Positions 53,901 to 58,479 of a DNA stretch of 64,000 bases are shown here, piece by piece. Under the pieces are notes generated by a model. That model saw nothing but the letters and a program-made list of their open reading frames with translations. It was not told the DNA's origin and made no database searches. The stretch is from Candidatus Kaiserbacteria bacterium (GTDB taxonomy: Bacteria > Patescibacteriota > Minisyncoccia > Phycocordibacterales > UBA2100). Made by a program: the position numbers and the translations under genes. Each line of letters starts with the position of its first letter. Within the stretch, counting starts at the first letter, position 1. The stretch spans positions 28,010-92,009 of the forward strand of contig JAQBRI010000009.1 in assembly GCA_028286585.1 (NCBI GenBank), given 5' to 3'.

Positions 53901-56818
53901 CCCGAATATGCTGCGCCTCCTGCGCCGCCTGCTGCTCCTCCTCCGCCTGTTCCTCCTATGTGTGCAGTTCCAAGAGATGCGTCACCTCCAGTTCCACCAA
54001 CTTGTCCAACTTTTCCCGTTGACCCAGTTGCAGTAACGGCGCCTGTCGCAAAGACCGCTGTTGTCGTACCAGTAATAATACCGCCAAGGTTATTTTGTCC
54101 AACGAGTCCGCCCGCATATGCTATAGCACCTGCTCCACCTACTCCGCCTGCACCACCAGTTGCTGCAGTGAGCGTAGTTGCAACAGCAGAAGCGCCGGCA
54201 GTTGCGCCAGCCGAACCATTGCCCGGTGTTCCTCCGGTTGATTGCACGACGCCTGTTGCGTTACTGCCCGTTTGAATTATTCCCAAGTTGTTTCCGACAA
54301 GTCCTCCGACATACGAAACACCGCCGGCTCCACCTGTGCCGCCGGCGCCTCCTGCTCCACCAATTGCAGCACCGCCTCCAGCACCACCTACGCCCGCAGT
54401 GCCGGCTGCTCCGCCCAATCCGCCGGTTCCGGTTACTGTTCCTGTTGCGGTAACAGAAGTCAGGATTCCTGCATTCACCCATCCGGCAAGGCCACCAACA
54501 TAATCAATACCTCCCGCTGCTGCAAGACCAACAGCTCCGCCTGCGCCTCCAATACCTGTTCCAGCATTAGCACCTCCGGCACCACTATTTCCAGAAGCAC
54601 CTCCTGCGCCTCCCGTTCCTATAACATTTACACCACTCGTTGCAGCTGTAATATTTCCTTGTTGAGAATAACCAACGACTCCACCAACGTAGACTGTTCC
54701 TCCCAATGCTGCCGCATTCGAAACACTTGCTCCGCCCGCGCCTGCCGTAGTCGCGCCGCTCGTTGTGTTTCCGCCTGCTGCCGCATTACCTGCTGCGCCT
54801 CCTGCACCTCCTACACCTGTTACATTTCCAGAAACACTTACGTTTGAAATCGTACCAATGTTGTATCCGACCAGTCCTCCCACATACATAGTTGCTGCAG
54901 CAGTTCCTGCCGTACCGGTTCCTCCAGCAGTTGGTGTCGTACCTGCAGTTCCAGCAGTTCCAGCGGTACCGGCAACACCCGCCGTACTTGTTGCACTAAT
55001 CAACTCGCCCGAGAGAATAACGTTTTTGATAGTGTTGTTAGAAAAACCAAAAAGACCAACATAGTTGAGCGTTGTCGTACTTATAAAAAGATTACTGATG
55101 GTAAAGTTTGCACCATCAAAGATTCCACTAAAGTTGGTTGTGTTATCGCCTATCGGCACAAAGCCTGCACCCAAGTTCCATCCCGATGTTACCGTCGCAT
55201 TAATATTATTATTAAGTTTGTATGAGTTGGTAAGTCCGGTTCGAATACCCTGCAAACCATATACGTCGTACGTAATAAAAGGATCGGTACTCACGCCAAT
55301 GCCGGTATATCGTCTAAAGGTTCCCGCTGTTACCGAAAAGTTTCCCGTCGCAGCAAATGTATTGGTGCCGGGATTGTTTGCAACAAAAGTTGCGGCTGAT
55401 GATTGCACATAATTTCCCGACAAACCTCCAGCGTTCGAAATCGTAAGACTCGCATTTTGTGTAATGGTACCAGTGTAGCCGGCGATCGTGAGCGATCCAA
55501 TAGTAAAAGCAGTATCAATGTTTGATGCGTTTGATCCTGTATCAAATATCACATCGGTGTTTACATCAGGAGTAGAAGCACCGGACGCGCCGTTAGATGT
55601 TGCCGACCAGCTTCCGGTCGAGCTCCACAAAGCGCCCGAAGCACCAACCCAGTATCGTGTCGTCGGGTCGACGACATAATCAATATCAACATTTCCAATA
55701 ATCTTAAGATCAAACTCGTCGGTCGGAGTTTGAAGATTGGTCAAAAGAATACGGTACTTTCCATCATGATCAATTGCATCAAACGTGCCGACAAGTACAC
55801 CATCAAGTGTGTACACTTCTACGCGCACCGATGCACCATCGTGTGACCGAGCATACAACGTAATGTCTTTTGTATTGTCGAGCAGCTGTGCAAACGTAAC
55901 GCGCACAAACTGTCCGTCAGAAATATTTGCATACTGCTGGTCTTGCGATTGCAAGAGTGGATACACATCGCCAATTGTATTTTTGTTTGCATCAAGTTGC
56001 AGTGCCTTCGAAATATAAATAATGGTAAATGTCTGAGTCGACAAGTGCGGCACGATCCACGCAACATGATCTATGTATCCGTTACCATCGTCATCAAACG
56101 ATTGAAACTCCATAACTTGATTTGCATTGTTCTGCCAATTTATTTTTATCTGATCTTCTTGACCAACCTTAAATATTTCTGGAATAGCAGTTCGCACCGG
56201 TACGTTCAAGATTGGTGTTATTTCATTTTCAAGATCCGCGACAGATACGACAACTGTCTTGCCATTGTCGTTTGTGTGTTCGGTGATCGTAGGCACCTGC
56301 ACCAGAATCGGTAACGCAAGATCCGAAGTCGATGCAGTATTTTGTGAATTTAAAAAAGTATCAGTCGACGTTGCTGTCAAAATTGCAGCACCACCTGAAC
56401 TAGTAAAAATATTTTGCACAGAACTCGATGCGCTGGTGTTATCAGAAATTATTTCTGTCGAAGATGCTTGAGTAAATGAAGTATCAGTTGAAGTTGCAAT
56501 ACTACTGCTCGCATTAATTACTTCACTTTGTAAACTATCGGTAGAAGTCGTTGCGGGGGGCTGTATTTTAGCATCACCCGAATCCTGTGAAACTTGGCTT
56601 CCCTGCCCAACCTGGTCGTCGGAGCTGGTAGCGACTGGCGCAGGAGTAGTCGCATCCTCTGTTGAAGTTACGATTACAGTATTTGTATCAGTGACAATTG
56701 GCGTTGCATCATCAGCATGCGTCGATACAACGTTTCCAAATAATATTCCAAGTACAAAAAAAACCCCTACAACAATTTGTAGCGGTAATCGGAATATTCT
56801 AAAAAATGGCTCAATCAC
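38993..56818 (-). CDS. giant (5,941 aa) secreted/surface fibre protein: signal-anchor, S/T-rich stalk, beta-helix-like head, ~50 GLUG-like Gly/Ala-rich repeats, 21 FN3 repeats, Ig-like module, poly-Gly linker, C-terminal dockerin-like module
   Basis: A single uninterrupted 17,826-nt ORF with a GTG start at 56818, the only start-type codon that retains the hydrophobic N-terminus 'FRLPLQIVVGVFFVLGILFGNVVSTHA'. The domain layout was read from the translation (see the sub-features). Confidence 0.9.
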   Translation of the reverse strand: MIEPFFRIFRLPLQIVVGVFFVLGILFGNVVSTHADDATPIVTDTNTVIVTSTEDATTPAPVATSSDDQVGQGSQVSQDSGDAKIQPPATTSTDSLQSEVINASSSIATSTDTSFTQASSTEIISDNTSASSSVQNIFTSSGGAAILTATSTDTFLNSQNTASTSDLALPILVQVPTITEHTNDNGKTVVVSVADLENEITPILNVPVRTAIPEIFKVGQEDQIKINWQNNANQVMEFQSFDDDGNGYIDHVAWIVPHLSTQTFTIIYISKALQLDANKNTIGDVYPLLQSQDQQYANISDGQFVRVTFAQLLDNTKDITLYARSHDGASVRVEVYTLDGVLVGTFDAIDHDGKYRILLTNLQTPTDEFDLKIIGNVDIDYVVDPTTRYWVGASGALWSSTGSWSATSNGASGASTPDVNTDVIFDTGSNASNIDTAFTIGSLTIAGYTGTITQNASLTISNAGGLSGNYVQSSAATFVANNPGTNTFAATGNFSVTAGTFRRYTGIGVSTDPFITYDVYGLQGIRTGLTNSYKLNNNINATVTSGWNLGAGFVPIGDNTTNFSGIFDGANFTISNLFISTTTLNYVGLFGFSNNTIKNVILSGELISATSTAGVAGTAGTAGTAGTTPTAGGTGTAGTAAATMYVGGLVGYNIGTISNVSVSGNVTGVGGAGGAAGNAAAGGNTTSGATTAGAGGASVSNAAALGGTVYVGGVVGYSQQGNITAATSGVNVIGTGGAGGASGNSGAGGANAGTGIGGAGGAVGLAAAGGIDYVGGLAGWVNAGILTSVTATGTVTGTGGLGGAAGTAGVGGAGGGAAIGGAGGAGGTGGAGGVSYVGGLVGNNLGIIQTGSNATGVVQSTGGTPGNGSAGATAGASAVATTLTAATGGAGGVGGAGAIAYAGGLVGQNNLGGIITGTTTAVFATGAVTATGSTGKVGQVGGTGGDASLGTAHIGGTGGGGAAGGAGGAAYSGGLVGLNSGIIISSFSNTGLVTVVGGTGGVGGTGGAGGTKGSSGTSGAGGASGTGGSANVLSTYAGGLVGSNTGIIQTSSAQNIVNGTGGAGGAGANGVTGLTGLAGLAGGIGGAGAILYVGGLAGNNALTITDSNYTIGSVTGVAGAGGAAGAGGAGGTGALAGAAGTATAGGIVYAGGFVGNNTGSTLTNDFSTGNVSGTAGAGGAAAAGGAGGTSLAGITGGTGAVGGIAYVGGLVGFLTTGEILTSYATGTVNSLGGTGGIGGAGGAGGTGAASTTGGAGALGGTGGAGGAAFGGGLVGIISLGTVTTSYAVGSTTVTGGTGGIGGVGGAGGTGGTNAIGGVGATGGNGGAGGISTAGGLVGQNGGIIRTTSYSTGNVTSVGGTPGNAGAGGAGGATTATFNSGTAAAGGLGGNGGAGAIAYAGGLVGNNLNEIINSYASGSIVATGSTGKNGGAAGVAGNGSAGGSSHVGAVGATGGTAGAGGDSFAGGLVGLNTSTIINAYIESGSVISQGGASGIGANGGAGGTGGSGALGGVGGVGGTSVSLGGFAYAGGLVANNSTSGVILGSHATINATSTAGVTGSGGNGGVGGTGAAGGAGAAVALGKAAYAGGLAGNSSGVINGSYATGNASATGGAGGAGGSGGNGGAGTTGGAGGNTSASAAASNAAGLAYAGGLVGFNTTNGIIQNGSHASGNALATGGVGAAGATTGNGGNSSGAFAGGSAGTTGGVAGLSGEAGGLAAAGGLVGFNAAVVSPDSYAAGNAVALGGAAGNGGLAGTPGTSGAGVAGAAGITSGAGGVGGASYAGGVIGNDSVLGTTISLPNTTGTISSTGGAGGTGVTGGVGGAGGSTAGAIGGAGGAGGAGGTGGLAAGGGIMGFNTGIIRDVTYTITSISVVGGAAGGAGAGGAAGASGNIAGGTGATGGTGGIGGVGGAEYIGGLVGDNSGVLINDIVIGSLTASGRSGGTGGAGGNGGDGTLGTGGHAGGVAGTGGTGGGGGVVYIGGLAGQGNGNIASSSSSGGTITVTLGGSGGVGGTGGTGGAGGSGSGRNGTGGTGGAGGVAGPIYSGGAIGLNSLADVIIESLSSSDDVTITEGSGGAGGAAVAGTNGAVGGTGGAGGGGGALNFGAYAGGLEGFNSGTGQSINNSRASGNITVTGGAGGAGAVGGAGGSGVTNSITGGAGAVGGIGGAGGFANGGGLLGFTNTNVFIGNSFTSGNVTVLAGVGGAAGNGGAGGAGGTASAGGAGATGGAAGLGGASYAGGLVAAAAASGGNIATSSSTGIIRGTSGAGGASGSGGAGGAGGSASLGGAGGNGAVGGGGGVNYTGGLVGDSPTTIQSSFHTTGAVSAFSGAGGAAGAGGTAGASGNISAGTAAAGGAGASGGVAGAVNVGGLVGRNNTVAGIINNSYATSDVNATGGSGGAGGVGGAGGDGTLATNHLGGTGGVGGAGGAGGGLVAGALQAGGLVGQNFVGTITNSYSQTGTVTVTGSAGGASAQGGAGGVGTGTALYGIAGAGGAGGAGGGVYVGGLVGYSIGVIQTSYSKTALNVTGGAGQNGTAGRSGAAGGGAAGSAGGAGGASSLIHVGGLVGNNASEIIASYASVDAGSGKGNISVAGGAMGNGANGGAGGSGLAAGSAGGAGGVGGVGGAGGGTFVGGLAGFNSAAGIITTSYSDTIAISGTEQTAGTGGIGGAGGTGVGAFAGGTGTAGGAGGAGSARSYGGLVGDNLGTIQNNSYSSISFSVTGGTGGTGGVGGAGGTSGSTIASGIAAAGGAGGAGGAGGVTYGGGLVGRINATTQTLQILNSYATGNATVTGGTGGTGGAGGVGGDGSTGTVTHAGSAGALGGSAGIGGDGNAGGLVGYTNVTSGIVNYSFDYATGNASSTGGNAGTAGTSGNGGASRTTVAGGAGGGAVLAAAGGSGFAGGLIGLNFVTTGGQSDIVNSYATGAVSATGGIGSTGNTGGVGANGAASSVGGAGGAGGIGGAGGDGNAGGLAGFTGATTGANNVLTSYATGNIVTSTSGTGGNGGSAGASGTSGSAAVGAATGGGGTSGAGGAAYAGGLVGRTSATASNNLIITSSYSTDNVIANGGTSGNGAAGVIGGAGGSGSIGGTGGLGGATGVGGAAYAGGLVAFNFGTIQGNSYATGNATSTSGTAGTPGAGAAGGASGSVSGSTAASGGAGGAGGAGGAAYVGGLIAHNTAIGVVLNSFALGSVVSIAKNGATGATGGAGGDGSLGTSAHVGGTGGTGGAGGIGGASYSGGLIGNNVNALNTIATSYAIGASVTGTSGVGGSGGTGGIGGLPGAAGVGGAGGAGGAAVSGGVLYTGGLIGFNDGTVLSGSYASTTVLGSAGAGGVGGTGGAGVAGGIATAANGATGGAGGSAGAAGVGGIAYAGGFNGYNNTGRTIKDSYANSSVTVTGGAGGVGGLGGNGAAGGAGIVAGTGGTGGIAGARTAGGVGGIAYGGGFVGQNNGGTISTSYGTGAVNVNGSAGGVGGAGGVGGNGGAGGPTGAGGIGGAMGATAAGGAGGAAYAGGLVGQNASGSTVLSSWSSGNVSLVGGAGASAGLSGTVSTGGAGGTLAGGAGGASVAGGNGGAGGASFAGGLMGADLATGTFNTSYSSGNVSITGGNGGNGAVGGKGGNGGVGGSGGSGNGGAGATGGTGGTGGVGGDVTGGGLVGQNTGVITNTYARGNVTITAGTPGTGAIGGAGGNAGAAGGGVAGVNGTGATGGAGGAGGNAYAGGLFGSNNAVITNTYATGVPTGTKTSGATGGTGGAAGTGGTGGAAGASGATGAAALQYVGGIVGNPIGGSYVSDYWDNVTSGKSNGVGNGADPAGMTGTTTTALKTQATYTNWDFVSPVWAITPGTTYAYLNYQTVPNAPTSVTAVPGNGQATITFAPPVNSGGSPITNYTVSSNTGGFTATGGSSPITITGLTNGTTYTFTVTATNASGTSISSGTSNAVTPATAPGAPTIGTATRGNGQATITFTPPVSNGGTAITTYTVSSNTGGFTATGGSSPITITGLVNGTTYTFTVTATNSAGTSSPSGTSNSVVPATVPGAPTGVSAVRGDTQATVSFTPPVNNGGSAITTYTVTSNVGGFTGTGSGSPIVVTGLTNGISYSFTVTATNAVGTSTASIASNSVIPATAPGAPTSVTATGGNGQATITFTPPVSNGGSAITTYTVSSNTGGFTATGGSSPITITGLVNGTTYTFTVTASSALGTSTPSSTSNSVVPATVPDAPTIGTATRGNTQATITFTPPVSNGGSAITGYTVTSNTGGFTATGGSSPITVTGLTNGTAYTFTVTATNSVGTSTASNATNSATPATIPDAPTSVIGTAGNGQVTISFTPGNTGGSPITLYTVSSNTGGFTTSGGSSPITLIGLTNGTAYTFTVTATNAVGTSASSSASSSVTPATVPDAPTSVSAVRGDTQATISFTPPVNNGGSAVTTYTVSSNVGGLTATGGSSPITITGLTNGTIYTFTVTATNSAGTSTASGTSNAITPAGVPSAPTSVTAVAGNGQATISFTPGNNNGSSISIYTVSSNTGGFTATGGSSPITVTGLTNGTAYTFTVTETNAIGTSTNSGTSNTITPATAPGAPTSVSAVAGNGQATVSFTPPVSNGGSAITTYTVSSNTGGFTATGGSSPITITGLTNGTTYTFTVTGTNSAGTSTASATSNTVVPATTPNAPTIGTVTRGNGEVTVTFTPPVSNGGAAITTYTVSSNTGGFTATGGSSPITVTGLTNGTAYTFTVTATNSVGTSASSSASASVTPATIPDAPTSVTAVRGDTQATISFTPPVSNGGAAITTYTVTSNVGGFTATGGSSPITVTGLSNGVVYAFTVTANNSAGTSTSSGISNSITPAGVPSAPTSVTAVGGNGQATITFTPGSNNGSAITNYTVTSNIGGFNVTGISSPLTVTGLTNGTAYTFTVTATNGVGTSTSSTLSNSVTPATVPNAPTGAVATAGNGQATITFTPPVSNGGAAITTYTVTSNSGGFTASGSGSPITVTGLTNGTAYTFTVTATNGVGTSTSSTLSNSVTPATAPGAPTSVSAVAGNGQATITFTPPVSNGGSAITNYTVSSNTGGFTATGGGSPITITGLTNGTTYTFTVTASNNVGTSTASSASNSVTPVTVPNAPTAVTAVSGNGQATVSFTPGSNNGSAITNYTVSSNTGGFTASGGSSPITITGLTNGTTYTFTVTATNAVGTSTPSGTSNTVVPATTPNAPTSVTAVSGNGQATITFTPPVNNGGAAVTSYTVTSSSGGLTATGGSSPITVTGLTNGTTYTFTVTATNAAGTSTASSASNSVIPGTVPNSPTGISAVGGNGQATITFTPPVSNGGAAITNYTVSSNTGGFTATGGSSPITITGLTNGTTYTFTVTATNSIGTSTSSGTSNSVTPATVPDAPTSISAVAGNGQATVSFTPPVSNGGAAITNYTVSSNTGGFTATGGSSPITITGLVNGTTYTFTVTATNNVGTSTSSGTSNSVVPAGGPSAPTSVAAVGGDGTATITFSPPSFTGGSAITSYTVTSNIGNFTATGGSSPITVTGLTNGTAYTFTVTATNAIGTSISSAATNSVTPATVPDAPTNLAAAIADSSVNLTWSAPGFNGGSPITSYTVTSNGGVFSTTTNGTSATIQGLTNGTTYTFTVTATNAVGTSTSSGTSNAATPASVPGAPINLAAIVQDSSINLSWSAPISNGGSPVTDYVVEYKLSSGGTWSIFSDGISTTPTTMVTSLSNNNSYDFRISAKNLVGRGTTTIPVSATPGAPAQVLIQSFSGLTVPSIATAVRITNEGSIAYEYQYTWCVTDSATNSCGGGDDIFSSTAAKLIQPGANFDTTLSSTVPVIGTYWFHVAVQYGSASSSASQSFTAIAAPVQNPGNGGGGGGGGGGGGGGGDNSPPVATPAATTEVIGDINGDGKVNGIDFSILLAYWKTKPPFKNNKVDLNHDGKVDSVDFSILLYHWKK
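38996..39160 (-). other. dockerin-like module (two F-hand Ca-binding segments) at the C-terminus of the giant protein
   Basis: 'GDINGDGKVNGIDFSILLAYW' and 'VDLNHDGKVDSVDFSILLYHW' each fit D-x-N-x-D-G-x-[VI]-[ND]-x-x-D followed by an amphipathic helix, the duplicated dockerin signature. Confidence 0.7.
39206..39250 (-). repeat. 15-residue poly-glycine linker coding tract
   Basis: The + strand reads tcc tcc gcc tcc ccc acc tcc tcc acc tcc gcc acc gcc acc tcc, which is 15 consecutive Gly codons (GGA/GGC/GGG/GGT mixed) on the minus strand. The context is P-G-N-G15-D-N-S-P. Confidence 0.95.
39590..45265 (-). repeat. array of 21 tandem FN3-like repeats (~90 aa / 270 nt each)
   Basis: Counted from the translation. 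The consensus is 'P[GDN]APT.V.A..GNGQATI.FTPP..NGG.AIT.YTV.SNTGGFTATGGSSPIT[IV]TGL.NGT.YTFTVTATN..GTS..S..SN.V.PA'. The last two or three units are more divergent ('LSWSAP...YDFRISAKN'). Confidence 0.9.
41772..42145 (-). repeat. 104-nt perfect direct repeat pair (41772-41875 and 42042-42145), exactly one FN3 unit (270 nt) apart
   Basis: Checked base by base: ggtgtcacagaattgcttagtgtcgaggaggtacttgtgccaacgccattagttgcagtaacggtaaatgtgtatgcggtgccattggtaagaccggtcacagt occurs twice. Confidence 0.95.
45440..55066 (-). repeat. array of ~49-50 GLUG-motif-like repeats (~65 aa) with Gly/Ala-rich spacers
   Basis: I counted recurring units of the form '[AVS]Y[VA]GGLVG.N.G.I..SY[AS]TG.V...GG.GG' followed by spacers such as 'AGGAGGTGGAGG'. 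The first is 'NYVGLFGFSNNTIKN' and the last is 'QYVGGIVGNPIGGSYVSDYW'. Confidence 0.7.
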
Positions 56819-56824
56819 TGGGTA

Positions 56825-56830
56825 ATTATA
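56825..56830 (-). promoter_or_regulatory. consensus -10 hexamer TATAAT (minus strand) 6 nt upstream of the giant gene's GTG
   Basis: The minus strand reads catagTATAATtacccaGTG. There is no Shine-Dalgarno-like purine run and I found no TTGACA-like -35. Confidence 0.25.
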
Positions 56831-56953
56831 CTATGTACCCTGCCCTAGATAGGGGGTCAAATGTTGATAAGTGTATAAGTCCTAATGCACCTTCTCTACG
56901 CCTTTTTGTATTCGTTCCAAACAGTAGTTGTTGGGCTTGTCTAACTAGTCGGA

Positions 56954-57439
56954 TCAATCAACCTCCTCATTGTCGAGCGACAAATCTTTGCTGTTTTCAG
57001 AAATTTGAGCCGATGTTCGTAGGTACCCGATAAGGTCTCGAGTCGCTACATTTGCGATTAGCGGCTTCATTGCGAGCTTCATTAACTTTTCGATTCTAAA
57101 GATGCCATCTTCTCCTTTTTCGGTAAGAGCAAGTACCCGCTCACGCCGGTCTTCACCCTGAGAAACTTTTATCCATTTGTTTTTCTCCATCGAAATAATC
57201 GCTCTACTTACTAGTGATGGCTGTACTCCAAGCGCTGCTGCAACTTCGCTCGCGCGCATACTTGTGTGTGAGTGCGAAAGAATACCAAGGATGGCCCATT
57301 CCAAATTCGTAAGACCTTGCGGCTTGAGGACCTCGGCACTCACCTGCTTGAACACTCGATACCCTTTCGCCTGGATAAGACCAATGTCGTACGTTGTGTG
57401 ATCTTTAAACAAAAGTGCGATATCAGAAAATATACCCAT
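56954..57439 (-). CDS. MarR-family winged-helix transcriptional regulator
   Basis: 161 aa. 'LTNLEWAILGILSHSHTSMRASEVAAALGVQPSLVSRAIISMEKNKWIKVSQGEDRRERVLALTEKG' is the canonical MarR wHTH. It lies 135 nt upstream of the giant gene and is co-directional with it. Confidence 0.85.
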   Translation of the reverse strand: MGIFSDIALLFKDHTTYDIGLIQAKGYRVFKQVSAEVLKPQGLTNLEWAILGILSHSHTSMRASEVAAALGVQPSLVSRAIISMEKNKWIKVSQGEDRRERVLALTEKGEDGIFRIEKLMKLAMKPLIANVATRDLIGYLRTSAQISENSKDLSLDNEEVD

Positions 57440-57483
57440 AGAAATTTATTATACAGCATGTGCGTGAGTAATCTTTTTAATAC

Positions 57484-57519
57484 AAAAACCCACAAGACCA
57501 GCCAAAGGCGATCTTGTGG
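57484..57519 (-). terminator. hairpin terminator after small membrane-protein gene
   Basis: ccacaaga / tcttgtgg stem with a 14-nt loop, with A/T runs on both sides (aaaaa ... ttttt). Confidence 0.55.
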
Positions 57520-57549
57520 ATTTTTCTGCAAAAGAGAATATCAAAAACG

Positions 57550-57738
57550 TTAATGTCCAACCGAGAAGGCGAATGCAATCGCAAAAATTACGACGAACAC
57601 TGCAATTTCAACAAGTATAGCTACTATAATCAATCGCCAATACATTGCCCACATCATACCGATGAGAGTTTTGTTTGGATACTTTTCGACAAACTCTTTA
57701 AACGAAGGATTCAAACCGCCCAGATTCCACCAAGTCAT
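57550..57738 (-). CDS. small hypothetical membrane protein (62 aa)
   Basis: The C-terminal half is one or two hydrophobic helices ('RLIIVAILVEIAVFVVIFAIAFAF'). It is followed by a terminator hairpin. Confidence 0.45.
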   Translation of the reverse strand: MTWWNLGGLNPSFKEFVEKYPNKTLIGMMWAMYWRLIIVAILVEIAVFVVIFAIAFAFSVGH

Positions 57739-57877
57739 ACTGTATATATATTATGTTTCTAAATAAGAGCTAAACCAAAGTGCGTGAGCCATGCGACTCA
57801 CGTACGTATTGTGACATGTGTTTAGCGGATTGATTATATTTGTCCCCTATCTTATATGACAAATATATTTTTACACA

Positions 57878-58477
57878 CTATTTGACTGCCTGCTTTTTTA
57901 TTACGTACCTGCCAAAAAAAGCCAATGTACCTGTAAGTCCATTTACTAAAAGTAGATAGATAGGAAAAATAAGATTTGCCGGATCAAAAATTGTAGTCGA
58001 TATAACAGCAAGTCCAGATGCAAAAGCAATCAGCAGCCATTGAGTAGGTGCTTCCGACCAAGGATCCTTAAAAGCTTTTATAACAGTCGGGACCGCGGCC
58101 ATTGCATCTGCCAAGACTGCGAACAAAATTGCCAAAATCGGCTGCTGCGTTAGTAGCCAAGAAAACATCGCCAGTACTGCCAGAGCGGTGCATATCCATT
58201 CAAGCCGACCATATTTACCATATCCATAACCAAACAGACAAAGAATAACTACCGAACATGTACCGATAAAATCCCCTATCAAAAGTGCCAATGACCATGA
58301 TGCTCCAGAACTAAATTGAGCCAGGATGGAAATAAAAAGCAAAAGTGCCCACAGTGAAAATGAGAAAAAATTGGGACGAGTAGTGCCGTGCAAAATATCC
58401 TTAATGTATGGAATCACGGCCAACATTGCGATGAGACCTGCGACACTTCCAACTATTACATGCCAGTCGAAAATCAT
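57878..58477 (-). CDS. hypothetical polytopic membrane protein
   Basis: 199 aa with ~6-7 TM helices. The N-terminal 'VIPYIKDILHGTTRPN' is faintly PQ-loop-like. No firm family was assigned. Confidence 0.6.
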   Translation of the reverse strand: MIFDWHVIVGSVAGLIAMLAVIPYIKDILHGTTRPNFFSFSLWALLLFISILAQFSSGASWSLALLIGDFIGTCSVVILCLFGYGYGKYGRLEWICTALAVLAMFSWLLTQQPILAILFAVLADAMAAVPTVIKAFKDPWSEAPTQWLLIAFASGLAVISTTIFDPANLIFPIYLLLVNGLTGTLAFFGRYVIKKQAVK

Positions 58478-58479
58478 AT

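Noticed and set aside
39054-55412. Dozens of plus-strand ORFs (for example 42411..43067, 51033..51833, 52005..52964, 53676..54275) encoding Pro/Ala/Val-rich proteins opposite the giant gene.
   Set aside because: They are mirror images of the Gly/Ala/Thr-rich minus-strand reading frame (GGN/GCN/ACN codons read as NCC/NGC/NGT). They are fragmented, low-complexity and entirely nested in a 17.8-kb intact ORF with clear domain logic. These are shadow ORFs, not genes.
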